Source: Gemmatimonadales bacterium (GTDB lineage Bacteria > Gemmatimonadota > Gemmatimonadetes > Gemmatimonadales > GWC2-71-9). Taken from it: a stretch of 64,000 nucleotides of DNA. Positions 28,037 through 38,425 of this stretch are shown here, piece by piece. Positions within the stretch are counted from its first letter, which is position 1. Each line of letters opens with the position of its first letter. The translations under genes were made by a program, and so were the position numbers. The notes under the pieces are model-generated. The model made no database searches, was not told where the DNA came from, and saw nothing but the letters and a program-made list of their open reading frames with translations. The stretch spans positions 512,001 to 576,000 of the forward strand of contig OZ252244.1 in the NCBI GenBank assembly GCA_965249575.1. The letters are read 5' to 3'.

Positions 28037-29507
28037 ATGCGAGTCCTCAAGACCGACGCACTCGTAATCGGCTCCGGGTTCGGGGCCGCGCCCGCCGCCC
28101 TCCGCTTGGCGCGAGCCGGCTTCAAAGTGGTAATCGTTGAAAAAGGGCCCGCCATCGATCCGATGCGGGATTTCCGGCAGACCCAGGATCCGAAGTACCT
28201 GCTCAAGTACCTGAAGAGCGAAGCGGGCGACAACCTCAGCCTCACCTACGCCGAGGCGATAGGAGGCGGATCGGGCTTTTACGAGATGGTTTCGCTCCGC
28301 GCGCCATCGCTCGCGTTCGAACAAACCGATGTTTTCAAACAACCTCTGTGGCCGGCGGGGCTGGACCGGAAAGTGTTCGACCCGTACTACGACGTCGCGG
28401 AGGAGATGCTGCACGTCGAACAGATTCCGCCCGAGTTGGTTCCGAAGAGCGGGCTGGTGTTCTCCCTCCTCATGAAGAACCTCGGCTATTCGTGCGAGCG
28501 CGCCCGATATGCCGTGAAAAACTGCCTGGGTACCGGATTTTGCGTGACCGGGTGCATCTACGGTGCCAAGCAGTCGCTCCTGTTGAATTACCTTCCGCAA
28601 GCCGTCGAGGCGGGGGCGACGGTCGCGACCGAGTTGGCCGCGGTTTCCATTCGACCCTGCCACCGAACGGTGCGGGAGGGTGTGGTCGACGGCGTTCCCC
28701 ATCGCTACGAGGTCCAGTGCAAGGCATCGGGCGAGAAGGCCGAGGACACGCTGTTTCGGGCCAAGCTGGTGATTCTCGCGGGCGGGACGGTCGGCACGGC
28801 AAAGCTCCTGTTGCACTCCCAGGAGCTACTCCCGTCGCTGAGTCCCCAGGTGGGGAGGAACATCGCGTTCAACAGTGGTGTGAAGCTGGCAGGACTGATA
28901 CCGCCACACTTCCCGGATGGGGACATGTTCTCCGGTCGGTCGCACGCCGGCATGATCAGCTACGAGTTCCTGAAGACCTACGGCGTGACGATCGCGGCCG
29001 GGAAACCACTCCCCGTTCAAGCCGTGGCCGCGGCACGCCTGCGGCTGGACGGCGATGGGCGCGACGGTCCGTACTGGGGAACGCCCAACGTCGACCTCAT
29101 GAAGCAATACCGCAGGCGCATGATCGTGCTTGCCGCGTTTGGCCTCACCCCGCCTTCTGGAGTCCTTTCAAAGCGGGGACCCGGCGACTTCAACCTGCAG
29201 CTCGAGCTAACCCACGGTCTCAACTCGTACTACCGCCACACGCTCGGGCTGCTGCGGACGATCTTCTCCCGCAACGGATGCCAGATCGTGAACCCCGAGT
29301 TCATCGGCAAGGGCGGCATGCCCCGCGCCGGCCTTCACTTCTCCACGGCGCATCAGCTGGGGTCGTGCCGCATGGGAGAGTCCAAGCGGACCGGCGTGTG
29401 CAATGCCGCCGGCGAAGTGTTCGGATATCACCAGCCTCACCATCCTGGCCAACGCCGAGCGCATCACGCAGGGGATTCTCAGCCGGTACTGGATGCCGCA
29501 CGCATAA
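28037..29507 (+). pseudogene. GMC-family flavin oxidoreductase with C-terminal deletion/frameshift
   Basis: VIGSGFG, GGGS, C.GTGFCVTGC, AHQLGSCRMG; after GEVFGY the usual LYV.DG...P...VN segment is missing and TSLTILANAERI resumes in another frame, TAA 29505-29507. Confidence 0.82.
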
Positions 29508-29523
29508 GTCCTGAAAGGCCGCA

Positions 29524-29727
29524 TTACCGATCCCCCGTCATCCCTACCCGGCGGGCGATCGCCGCATCGAGCCACCGGTCGGGGAGCGCGCGCAACATGA
29601 CCATCCGGAGACGCGATCGGACTACTGGAATGCGAGTCGGAGGTCGTTTCGCCGTGAGCGCGAGCAGCACCGCCTGAGCAACCCGTTCCGGGGCGAGCGG
29701 GTGGCCGGTCCCATCGTGCCAAGCCAC
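29524..29727 (-). pseudogene. C-terminal remnant of SDR oxidoreductase
   Basis: PERVAQAVLLALTAKRPPTRIPV...LPDRWLDAAI resembles SDR tails; no N-terminus. Confidence 0.6.
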
Positions 29728-29750
29728 TCGCCAGTCCAGTCACCCGAACG

Positions 29751-30671
29751 GTGCTGGTACTCGTGCTTCTCGCGTTGCCCCTGCGAGCGGCCACTGCGCA
29801 AGAAGACGGCCTCGAGCCCCGATCGAGGACGTCCCTCCCGATCGCAGCGGGCGAATCTCTCGCGGTTACGATCAGCGGCGACGGGACGCCGGTGGTCCTG
29901 CTCCCCGGTCTGTTCGGGTCGGCGTATGGCTATCGGCGGCTGACCGCGATCCTCGATACGATGGGCTATCGATCGACGATCATAGAACCGCTGGGTATCG
30001 GATCCTCATCGCGGCCCCCTTCGGCGGACTACTCCCTGACGGCGCAGGCCGACCGCATCGCCGCCGCATTGGACACCCTGGGACTCGGACGTGCCGTATT
30101 CGTTGCACACTCGGTCGGCGCGTCCATCGCCATGCGGGTGGCATACCGCCATCCGAAACTCGTTCGAGGCATCGTGTCTCTCGAGGGAGGCCCAACCGAG
30201 GCCGCGACGACGAAAAACTTTCGCCGTTTGATCAAGATCGTTCCCATCGCGCAGCGCGCATTCGACACGCGGAGGTTCATGCTGGGGTTGATTTACAGCG
30301 AGATGAAGAAGGTCTCGGCGGACGATTCGTGGGTGGATGCCACGGTCGTTCAGGGCTACACGGAGGGCCTCACCATCGACTACGATGCTACGCTGAGCGC
30401 CTATCAGGGCATGGCGAAGGCCGTGGAGCCCGAAAGCATCATCGAGAATCTCGCGGCCATCCCCTGCCCCGTGGTCCTGCTGATCGGCGACTTCAAGCAC
30501 GGTTCGCGTCCACCCCGTGAAGAGATCTCCACGCTGGCCAGTCACCTCCGGGCATTCTCCGTCGATACCGTGTCCGGATCCGGCTTCTTCATTCAGGAGG
30601 AGCAGCCCTCGGCCGTTGCCACCGCCGTTGAGGAAATGGCCCGCGGCCCGGGGTGCGGCGACGGAGAATAA
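29751..30671 (+). CDS. Alpha/beta hydrolase fold protein
   Basis: PVVLLPGLFG, LGIGSS, AHSVG elbow, PVVLLIGD, GFFIQEEQP. Confidence 0.85.
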   Translation: MLVLVLLALPLRAATAQEDGLEPRSRTSLPIAAGESLAVTISGDGTPVVLLPGLFGSAYGYRRLTAILDTMGYRSTIIEPLGIGSSSRPPSADYSLTAQADRIAAALDTLGLGRAVFVAHSVGASIAMRVAYRHPKLVRGIVSLEGGPTEAATTKNFRRLIKIVPIAQRAFDTRRFMLGLIYSEMKKVSADDSWVDATVVQGYTEGLTIDYDATLSAYQGMAKAVEPESIIENLAAIPCPVVLLIGDFKHGSRPPREEISTLASHLRAFSVDTVSGSGFFIQEEQPSAVATAVEEMARGPGCGDGE

Positions 30672-30750
30672 GGACTCCTTGCGAGCGGGCGGGTTTCGGC
30701 ATCACTTCTGATCGACCACCAAGCCTTTTCCTTACCCCGGGACCGACCGC

Positions 30751-33132
30751 ATGCGCCGCTTCGAGACGTTATCCGCGACCGTGGCTGTCATCGCCGCGCT
30801 ATCAATCATCCCGTCGTCGTTGCCGGCACAGGGTCAGGACGCCGAGTACGGCCGCCTGATTCGGGAGTACACGTCGGACCCGCACTTCCTTCCGGCGTCG
30901 GTGGCACAGGTCCCGGAACATCCGTCCGTCCCGTCTCCCAAGGATCACTTCGGCACCATCGTCGGCGCTCCAGGGGTCATGCACGGCACCGGTGACTGGT
31001 ATCATCGCTACTCCAAAAATCGAACAGAGTGGGAAGACGGATTCCCGCGATCCGGCCCCTACTGGGGGAAGTACGTCTACCACGACAACAATCGGGACGG
31101 ACTACAGATCACGCAGGAGCTCACCAAGGCGGTGTACCGCGAGTACTTCCGCTGGCACCCCACAGTGATGCTCGACCTGCACGAGTCGGTGCCACTGCTC
31201 TACGTCTCTACTGGCACCGGCCCGTACAACGAGAGCATCGACCCCATCACGATCGCTGAATGGCAGCTGCTCGCCAATCACGACGTCACGAGCGTAACGG
31301 CACTGGGTCTCCCTGGTGTCTGGACGTGGGGATTCTACGACGGGTGGTGGCCCGGTTATCTCCTGTGGATCGCGAACAATCACAACGGCATTGGCCGGTT
31401 CTACGAGACCTTTGGCAACGCGGGCGCCAATACATTCGTTCGTGATCTCTCCGAATCCCGTTACGCCGGAGACTCGGTGACGGCTCGCCGCTGGTACCGC
31501 CCCTGGCCGCCCACGCGCCGTCTCCGATGGTCCGCCCGCGACAACGTGAACTACATGCAGGCGGGCGTCATCGCCTCGTTGGAGCTGGCGGCTACCAATG
31601 GAAGGACTCAACAGCGTCGAGCGGGGTCGAAGCGAAAAGCCGCACGCATTCCTGGTGCCGGCACTCGCTCGGCAGCGCGATCCGAAGCGGACCGCCTATC
31701 TGGTCAATCAGCTCCGGCGACACGGGATCGAGGTGCATCGCCGCACCGACGGCGACTCCGCCGGCGCGTTCGTCGTGCTGCTGGACCAGCCGTACCGCAA
31801 CTTCGCCGTCAGCCTCCTCACCAAGCAGAACTTCCCCGAGGACGCGCCTCATACACCGTACGACGACGTCGCGTGGACTCTGGGATACATGTACGGGGTG
31901 AAGGTGAAACCGATCGACGACGTCGGGGTGTTCGGGTGGGCGGTCGAGCCGGTACAGGACACCGTATCGGTCTCCGCCTCAGTGCGGGGGGGTGGACCGG
32001 TTCAGGTGCTTCGATACACAGCCCAGTCGGAGGTTCTCCCGGCGCTCTTCGAGCTTCAGGCGCAGTCGCCGGAATCGAAGGCGTGGGTCGCCGAAGGGGC
32101 GTTTGCGGCCGTGGATGACAGTTTCCCCGCCGGCTCGGTGATCCTGGAGGACGTTGACGCCGGGACGGCCGAGTCCCTGGCGCGCCGCTTCGCGTTGCCG
32201 CTCCGTGCGGTACGGTCCGTGCCGCGTGTCGATCGGCACGAGCTCGACTTGCCGAGGATCGCGATCTATCACACGTGGGTCAACACGCAGGACGAGGGCT
32301 GGGTCCGATTCACCTTCGAGCAGCTGAGGATCCCGTACACCTCGATTCACAAGGATCACGTGCGGGCGGGAGATCTGAGAAGCCGTTTCGACGTCATCGT
32401 AGTCCCCAGCACCGGTGGCGCATCGCTCGAGACGCTCGTTCACGGTCGCGACAAGCGTTGGAGCCCCCTGCCCTACACGCAGACCGAAGAATTCCCCTCC
32501 CACGGTACGCCATCTTCGACCGACGACCTGACCGGCGGGCCCGGTTTCGAGGGTATGGCCCAGTTTCAGCGGTTCGTGGAAGAGGGCGGCACCTTGATCA
32601 CCCTGCACCGCGCGACGCGATTGGCAGCGGAGGGCGGGCTCGCCCGCGCGCTCACGCCGCTGCCAGCCGGTTCGCTGTTCCACCCGGGATCGGTCGTTAG
32701 GGCAGCGGCGCGCCGCCCCAATCATCCCATTATGTACGGATACCCGGACACGCTGCATGTCTTCCGCGGGAACGGACCGCTGTATCGGGTCGCGCGACGG
32801 GATAGGGGCATGATGGTGTTGCAGTACGGAACCGAGGCGTTGCCCGACGAGCGGGCCGATGCCAGGCCGGAGGAGATGTTCGGTATCGATCCGGTCGACG
32901 TCGCGGTCTCACCCGCCGATACCGGCACGACCGACAAGCCCCCCCCTACGTGCTCTCGGGAATGGTCAAGAACTCCAAGGAGATCGTCGGGCAGGGTGCC
33001 ATCTTCGACGTCCCGGTAGGCAACGGCCGGGTGATCGCGTTCACCTTCAATCCCCTCCACCGGTTTCTCAATCACCATGAGTTCCCGATGGTCTGGAACG
33101 CAATCATGAACTGGAACGATGGGAGGAGGTGA
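30751..33132 (+). pseudogene. M14-family zinc carboxypeptidase-like secreted protein, deleted/frameshifted
   Basis: PSPKDHFG..VG, HDNNRDG, LDLHES; HxxE region absent (jump at ~30990); frame breaks at ~31605 and in a C run at ~32940. Confidence 0.8.
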
Positions 33133-33162
33133 CGCGGAGGAGGGAATTGCTCGGCGGGCTCC

Positions 33163-33543
33163 TTAGATCGGGACGAGCTCCGTAGTCGTAGCCTTGGACT
33201 TCGCACGACCGAGATCCCGCGCGTACTTGAGGGACCCCGGAGTGTTGTATTTCTGCAGGTACGCGCGGTCAACGGCGTCCTTCAGGCGCTCGCTCCTCGT
33301 GTGCACGGCGCGGACGGGGATATCGCGACCGCCGATGTGAATCGTGCCGCGTGGCTCCTCGAGGAATGTTCGATACCAGCTCCGCGGCTTTATGCTCCAC
33401 GATCGCACGAAGACGCGGCCCTCCACGACCACGGCCCAAATACCGATGAAACGGTGGGGCTTCGTGCCAGCTCGGACGCCGAGGATCTTGCTGCCGTTGA
33501 TGGCGCCGAGGACGGTTTTGGTGAAACGGCGCTTCGCTTTCAC
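33163..33543 (-). CDS. DUF2255-like protein
   Basis: IWAVVVEGRVFVRSW...WYR...VDRAYLQKY. Confidence 0.75.
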   Translation of the reverse strand: MKAKRRFTKTVLGAINGSKILGVRAGTKPHRFIGIWAVVVEGRVFVRSWSIKPRSWYRTFLEEPRGTIHIGGRDIPVRAVHTRSERLKDAVDRAYLQKYNTPGSLKYARDLGRAKSKATTTELVPI

Positions 33544-33578
33544 GCGTCCTTCCTAGCGGCGGTTGCTCGCAGCAACTC

Positions 33579-34034
33579 TCACAATCCAAACTGCCGCAGG
33601 TGATGGTCCGTGTGAATGTAAGCCCACCGCAGCCACTCGCGGTGGCTCAACGGCCCAAACGCCGCATGCTCGGCAGGCAGCGTCCCTGGGGAACTGGCCG
33701 CGAGTGCCGACAACGCCTCGATCGCACGATTGCGGTCGCGGTCGAAGGCCTCGACTGGTAGGACCTTCCCAGCGGGATCCCCTCCCGACTGGAGGCCGTG
33801 GGGCCACTTGAGCGGGGCGTAGAGCGCAATCCACTTGATGATTCGGGAGGGTGAGTGCGGCGACGGAGGTAACGGCCGTCCCGTCAGAACTACCTCCGCA
33901 GCTCCCGCCACGTGAACCAGCATCTGATGCGGGGTCATGCTCCCCCACACCCGGGAGTGCGTGCTCGAGAGGCGTTCCAGCCGTGCTTTCAGTACGGCGA
34001 GTACCCCGGGATCCGCGAGCGTCTTCAGGATCAA
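33579..34034 (-). CDS. DinB-like / DUF1569 protein
   Basis: WGSMTPHQMLVH...HAAFGPLSHREW...HTDHHLRQFG. Confidence 0.85.
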   Translation of the reverse strand: MILKTLADPGVLAVLKARLERLSSTHSRVWGSMTPHQMLVHVAGAAEVVLTGRPLPPSPHSPSRIIKWIALYAPLKWPHGLQSGGDPAGKVLPVEAFDRDRNRAIEALSALAASSPGTLPAEHAAFGPLSHREWLRWAYIHTDHHLRQFGL

Positions 34035-34105
34035 CCTGTTACGAGATCAGGTAACAGAGATCATCCGCGGCGAGCGGCGACTGGCATTGCGATCAGCACA
34101 AGCGC

Positions 34106-34798
34106 TCACGAAGCGGGAGCACTCGGCTGCTCGTCCTCCTCGGGCGCGCCACCTGAGGCAGCGATTTTGAACGCGGTGACCACTGCCAGCCCAAAGAACA
34201 GGATATCGAGGGGCCCGAAGCTGCCGAGGAACCCTTCTTCGGCAGCCGTGGCTCGAAGCTCCGGCATCGCGGCCGCGACGTTCGCACGCATCTCCTGTTC
34301 TCTGTCATTTCGGAACTGCGTTTTGCCGTCGTCACTGAGCGTGCTCCAGCGGGTCAGCGCCTCGGTCCAGACGTCAGGAGGGTACTCTGCCCGGGTGGAA
34401 GCCTGTTCGGGATCGACGCCCGCTGGCCAGTCCACGGCTTTCCCCTCCAGCTCGAACTCCTCCGCGACCGCGTCGGCGACATACGAGACGACGAACTCCT
34501 CGTTATCCAGCTGCTCCGCATACGCCTCTACTATGGTGTCCGCGTCGGGCATCGCTATCTGTACCGCCCAGTATTTCCCGGCGAGGATGGACATCACCGA
34601 AATCCCCACGGCCAGGACTCCCGTCGCCGTACCGCCTGGCCCCCGATTTCCCAGTGTCACGCCGAAGCCGACGAGGCCTCCGATCGCCCACGCGATCCAT
34701 CCGATCTCGAGTTGGAAGGCGTAGGCCACACCTGCCCAGATCAACGCCCCCAGCACACCACCACCGACGCCTCCGAGCGCAGCACCCATGCTGTACAT
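34106..34798 (-). CDS. Hypothetical membrane protein
   Basis: Gly-rich TM helices EIGWIAWAIGGLVG; C-terminal FGPLDILFFGLA. Confidence 0.75.
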   Translation of the reverse strand: MYSMGAALGGVGGGVLGALIWAGVAYAFQLEIGWIAWAIGGLVGFGVTLGNRGPGGTATGVLAVGISVMSILAGKYWAVQIAMPDADTIVEAYAEQLDNEEFVVSYVADAVAEEFELEGKAVDWPAGVDPEQASTRAEYPPDVWTEALTRWSTLSDDGKTQFRNDREQEMRANVAAAMPELRATAAEEGFLGSFGPLDILFFGLAVVTAFKIAASGGAPEEDEQPSAPAS

Positions 34799-35196
34799 GT
34801 GGTCCTCCTGGCAGGTCGGCTACGCAGCCGTGAGATGATCGAGGAGATCAGATACAGCGCCACCGTTGTGGCGACCGACTACGATACGCCGGGACGTACC
34901 AGTCGGCCAGGGCTTCCTCACGGTCTGCTCAACGTCGTGGCTACGTAATCCGCCTCCCCCAGACGGGTTGGAGAATCCAAACGAGTGTCGCCAGCACCGC
35001 ACCGCGGCGTCGCGGTGGCGAGGCCCTGGCACGCCCTAAACGAGCACGTCTTGAAGGAGGCTGGTGTTAACGCGCCGATCAGAGACCTCGCATCGCACCG
35101 CAGGGGCTGGGACTCACAAACAGCGGAAGCACTCGGCACCGGTCTCACCGGACAGGGGCCGTCCCAAGAAACCGGTAGTGTGCCGCGCGCTCCCAC

Positions 35197-35238
35197 CACT
35201 CACCACTCACCACTCACTACTCACTACTCACTACTCAC
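35197..35238. repeat. Heptamer tandem repeat (YACTCAC x6)
   Basis: cactcac x3 followed by tactcac x3. Confidence 0.95.
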
Positions 35239-35241
35239 CAG

Positions 35242-35634
35242 CTACCGCCTGAGCTTCCTGCCGTTGAATGCCCCCTGACCCGGAGCCCCGTCGTACGTCC
35301 CGACGAACTCGTCTCCCGTGAAGACCATCTCCAGTGCCACGTTACCCCGCTCGGTCATCGCATGCACGAGCATTTTCGCTCCGTCCATCTCGATGGAGGT
35401 GATGCGTGCCGGGCCATCTCCATTCGGCGTGACGGTGCCGGCGTAGCCACTATCGGACGCCGTGATCTTCATCCGGCCCTCGATGATGCCGTTCTCAGTG
35501 GTGGCCTCGAAGTCGTAGAGACCGGCTGGGTCGAAGGCCGGCGCGGCCCTCTAGGAGACTTGCTGCGCGACCGCGGTACGGAAGGGCATCGCCCCCAACG
35601 CCAGCGCGAATAGCGAGAGTATGGCCGCCCGCAT
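35242..35634 (-). pseudogene. Small secreted protein with in-frame TAG at codon 28
   Basis: RBS AAGGAGGT, ATG 35634, signal peptide, TAG 35551-35553, same frame continues FDPAGLYDF... into ORF 35242..35472. Confidence 0.75.
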
Positions 35635-35851
35635 GCCTACCTCCTTTGAGGACAAGAGTCGACGTCGTGCCGTCCGTTAGCAGCGTGGCTAACGGACACT
35701 CCTACGCATGACGATGTCGATCGGTTTCAAACGGCGGGAGCCAGCGAACTCGAGAGTGGCCGCCCGACCCTACCTCGGCACACGTATCAACTGCGGAGCT
35801 ACGCCCTCGAGGTGGTGCGATCGGGTTGCGATTTGAAATGTCTGGCGTAGT

Positions 35852-37285
35852 CTAAAAGGACCTCCCCAGTCTCTCCTCGAGCTTGAACAACCGTACCGCA
35901 TTCTCGCGGAAGACCTTGAGGGCGACATCGCGGGCGGTTTCCGCACTCATCGCTCCACGCTCTACCCTCGCGGCCAGGACGCGTGCCACGACCTCCTTGC
36001 CGGACTCGAGCGATCCGACGGCTTCCTCGATAGTCGAACAGTCACCGCCCCAGAAAACCTTGTTGTATGGCACCATATCGAGGATTTCTTCCAGCGCCTC
36101 GACTGCCGCCTCCTTGGAGATCTGCGGTAGCCACACCAGATCGATGGACACGTTCGGAAACGCTTTCGTGAGCGAGATCGCATGACTCGTCCACGGATAC
36201 CCTCCGTGAAAGATTATGAAGTCCACCTCCGGATACTGCAGGAAGATGTTGTTCAGGTCGGCGGGCCGACTGTTCTCCAACACGTTTCCGTTGCCCGACA
36301 GGTAACCCGTGTGAATCTGGATCGGCAGGTCGACCTCGGCCGCTCTGCGGATGATCCAATGGAACAAGAAATCCTGTACGGCCTTTTCTTCGCGCTCGCT
36401 GAGCACGGAACTGGCGCCCTTATCGAACAGCGCGCTCGCGACCCTGAACGGCACGTCCTCGTAACGGAGTGAACGCATGTACGCAAACGAGTTCTTGATG
36501 CCCACCGCCTTTTTCTCAAGCGCCCGGTCGAACATGACACCGACATAGTCCACGTAGTCCCGAAGGTTCCGGATCGACCGTCCCTCCTCTTCGGCCTTCT
36601 CGTAGACGTTGGTCTGAAACAACAGGTCCTCAACCCAGGTCCTTGGGACCGGGTTGTCCTGTTGGGTCAGCCGGTATCGGTTACCGGACGCCCAGACGAG
36701 GTGATCGATGTCGAAGATGCGTGCGGCGTATCGCTCATCGAGGATGACGTCCAAGGGCTCCCAGTAGGGATCGACGAGCCACACGTCGATGTTCGACCGC
36801 TCGAATGCCGTCGCATACCACTGCTCGAAGTTCTCGTAGTTCTCCTGGATCTGCGCGGAAAGCCGCGCAACGCCTTGTTTGGTGAAGGAGGGCTCGTCGT
36901 AGCCGTACAGCTTTGGGAATCCGTTCAGGAACTGCGCGTAGTAACTGGTGTTCTTCGATAGCTCGAGATAGGGACCGTAGGCTTCCCAGTTATCGTCGAG
37001 GCTTTTCTCCCGCGCGGTCGCAAAGTTAAGGGGGGGCGACCCAGCGCTCACGAGGTCCGAACGGAGATAGCTCGTTGCCAGGAGCGTGTAGAAATTCACG
37101 CCGAGCTCGGGGTCCTGGCGATTTCGCTGGTGTTCGTGCGTGTCGACGACCTGGATCGTTTCGATGAACTCCTCGAGATCCTCCAGCACACCGCTTCCCA
37201 TCGGCCTGCAGGAGTTGAGCGTGAGCGCTATAAGCGGAAGAAGATGGGAGTGGCTCCTCGTCAGAACGCGCCGGATAGGCTTCAT
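35852..37285 (-). CDS. Amidohydrolase-family protein
   Basis: VVDTHEH, QIHTG, FHGGYPW, FWGGD; possible lipoprotein signal. Confidence 0.88.
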   Translation of the reverse strand: MKPIRRVLTRSHSHLLPLIALTLNSCRPMGSGVLEDLEEFIETIQVVDTHEHQRNRQDPELGVNFYTLLATSYLRSDLVSAGSPPLNFATAREKSLDDNWEAYGPYLELSKNTSYYAQFLNGFPKLYGYDEPSFTKQGVARLSAQIQENYENFEQWYATAFERSNIDVWLVDPYWEPLDVILDERYAARIFDIDHLVWASGNRYRLTQQDNPVPRTWVEDLLFQTNVYEKAEEEGRSIRNLRDYVDYVGVMFDRALEKKAVGIKNSFAYMRSLRYEDVPFRVASALFDKGASSVLSEREEKAVQDFLFHWIIRRAAEVDLPIQIHTGYLSGNGNVLENSRPADLNNIFLQYPEVDFIIFHGGYPWTSHAISLTKAFPNVSIDLVWLPQISKEAAVEALEEILDMVPYNKVFWGGDCSTIEEAVGSLESGKEVVARVLAARVERGAMSAETARDVALKVFRENAVRLFKLEERLGRSF

Positions 37286-37300
37286 CGATGTCGCCTCGAT

Positions 37301-38044
37301 CTAGGGTGTTTGCGGCCGCCAGCCAATGAATATTTCACATTCTCCGGGTTCGAGGCCCGAGTGCTCCGCCGGCACTGAGACCGGCTGAAAACCGGCCTCG
37401 GAAAGGGCACGACACCATTCGTCCCTGGAGAACAGACCCTCGACGTGCCGGTCGTGCTCGACGCGGATCGAGCCGTCACCCAGGCGGAGGAGAAAGGCAT
37501 AGTCCACGAGATAGGTGGTGTCCGTCGGGTCCGGATCCCACGTCCACTCCAGGTACCGCAACGCTTTGCCCCCTCCATCGTGCCCGCCGTGGTCGGTCGA
37601 CGGCCGGAAAGTCTCCCGCACGTGATCCGGTGCAAAGAGCGCGGCACCGCCGGGGCGGCAGTGGATGAAGGCGGTCTCCACCGCCTGTCGCAGATCTGCG
37701 GCCGTGGTCATGTACACAACGGCATCGTGCACGAACACGCAGTCGAATTGGCGGTCGAGCCTCACGGTCCGCATGTCGCCTGCGACATGCTCGCAGTCGG
37801 GATTGAGTGATCGGCTCACGGCGAGCATCCCGGGCGCCCGATCGACCAAGGTCATATTGAAGTGCGCTTTGAGGTGCGAAGCGTTGTTCCCCCCGCCGCT
37901 CCCGAGCTCGAGCATCGTGCGAGGATTATCGTCACAGGCCTCGATCAGGGCGGTTCGGTAGAACCCGGCTTCCTCAGCGTATTCTTGCGGAGACGACAGG
38001 AGCGGCCACCAGGACGCCAGCTCGCTATAGAACTTAGGAGACAC
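37301..38044 (-). CDS. Class I SAM-dependent methyltransferase
   Basis: LELGSGGG, GDMR, FD.VFVHDAV.Y. Confidence 0.9.
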   Translation of the reverse strand: MSPKFYSELASWWPLLSSPQEYAEEAGFYRTALIEACDDNPRTMLELGSGGGNNASHLKAHFNMTLVDRAPGMLAVSRSLNPDCEHVAGDMRTVRLDRQFDCVFVHDAVVYMTTAADLRQAVETAFIHCRPGGAALFAPDHVRETFRPSTDHGGHDGGGKALRYLEWTWDPDPTDTTYLVDYAFLLRLGDGSIRVEHDRHVEGLFSRDEWCRALSEAGFQPVSVPAEHSGLEPGECEIFIGWRPQTP

Positions 38045-38140
38045 CGACAGCCCATCCCTCCGGACTGGAAAGAACCCGGCAGGAGTGCCGCCTTGGCGTT
38101 AGCGACGTCAGGTCCCGGCAGGCTCCCCGGCCCGGGCGGT

Positions 38141-38362
38141 CTAGCGCTGCCAGGTATCTACCAGCTGCCGCAGCATGAGCGCGATCTCGAACATCAGCAG
38201 CGTGGCGGCCCAGTCCAGCACCTGTCGCGGAAAGATACTCAGCAGCGGCAGGCTCCAACCCACCAGGTTGAGCACTTTCTCCAGAAGGGCCAGCCCAAAG
38301 AGAAAGAACGCAGTACCCAAGAATATCGGTGCCGTGTAGGCAGGTTGCCTCAGTGTACTCAT
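38141..38362 (-). CDS. Small two-TM hypothetical protein
   Basis: Two hydrophobic segments; co-oriented with neighbours. Confidence 0.6.
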   Translation of the reverse strand: MSTLRQPAYTAPIFLGTAFFLFGLALLEKVLNLVGWSLPLLSIFPRQVLDWAATLLMFEIALMLRQLVDTWQR

Positions 38363-38425
38363 CGTCGCTCCGATTGAAGGGCAAATGGCGAGCTGCGGGT
38401 CGATCGGGTTTCGCTCACGCGAGCA

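Noticed and set aside
32938..32947. C-run frameshift as a phase-variation switch
   Set aside because: The gene has other inactivating deletions, and a homopolymer error is equally plausible.
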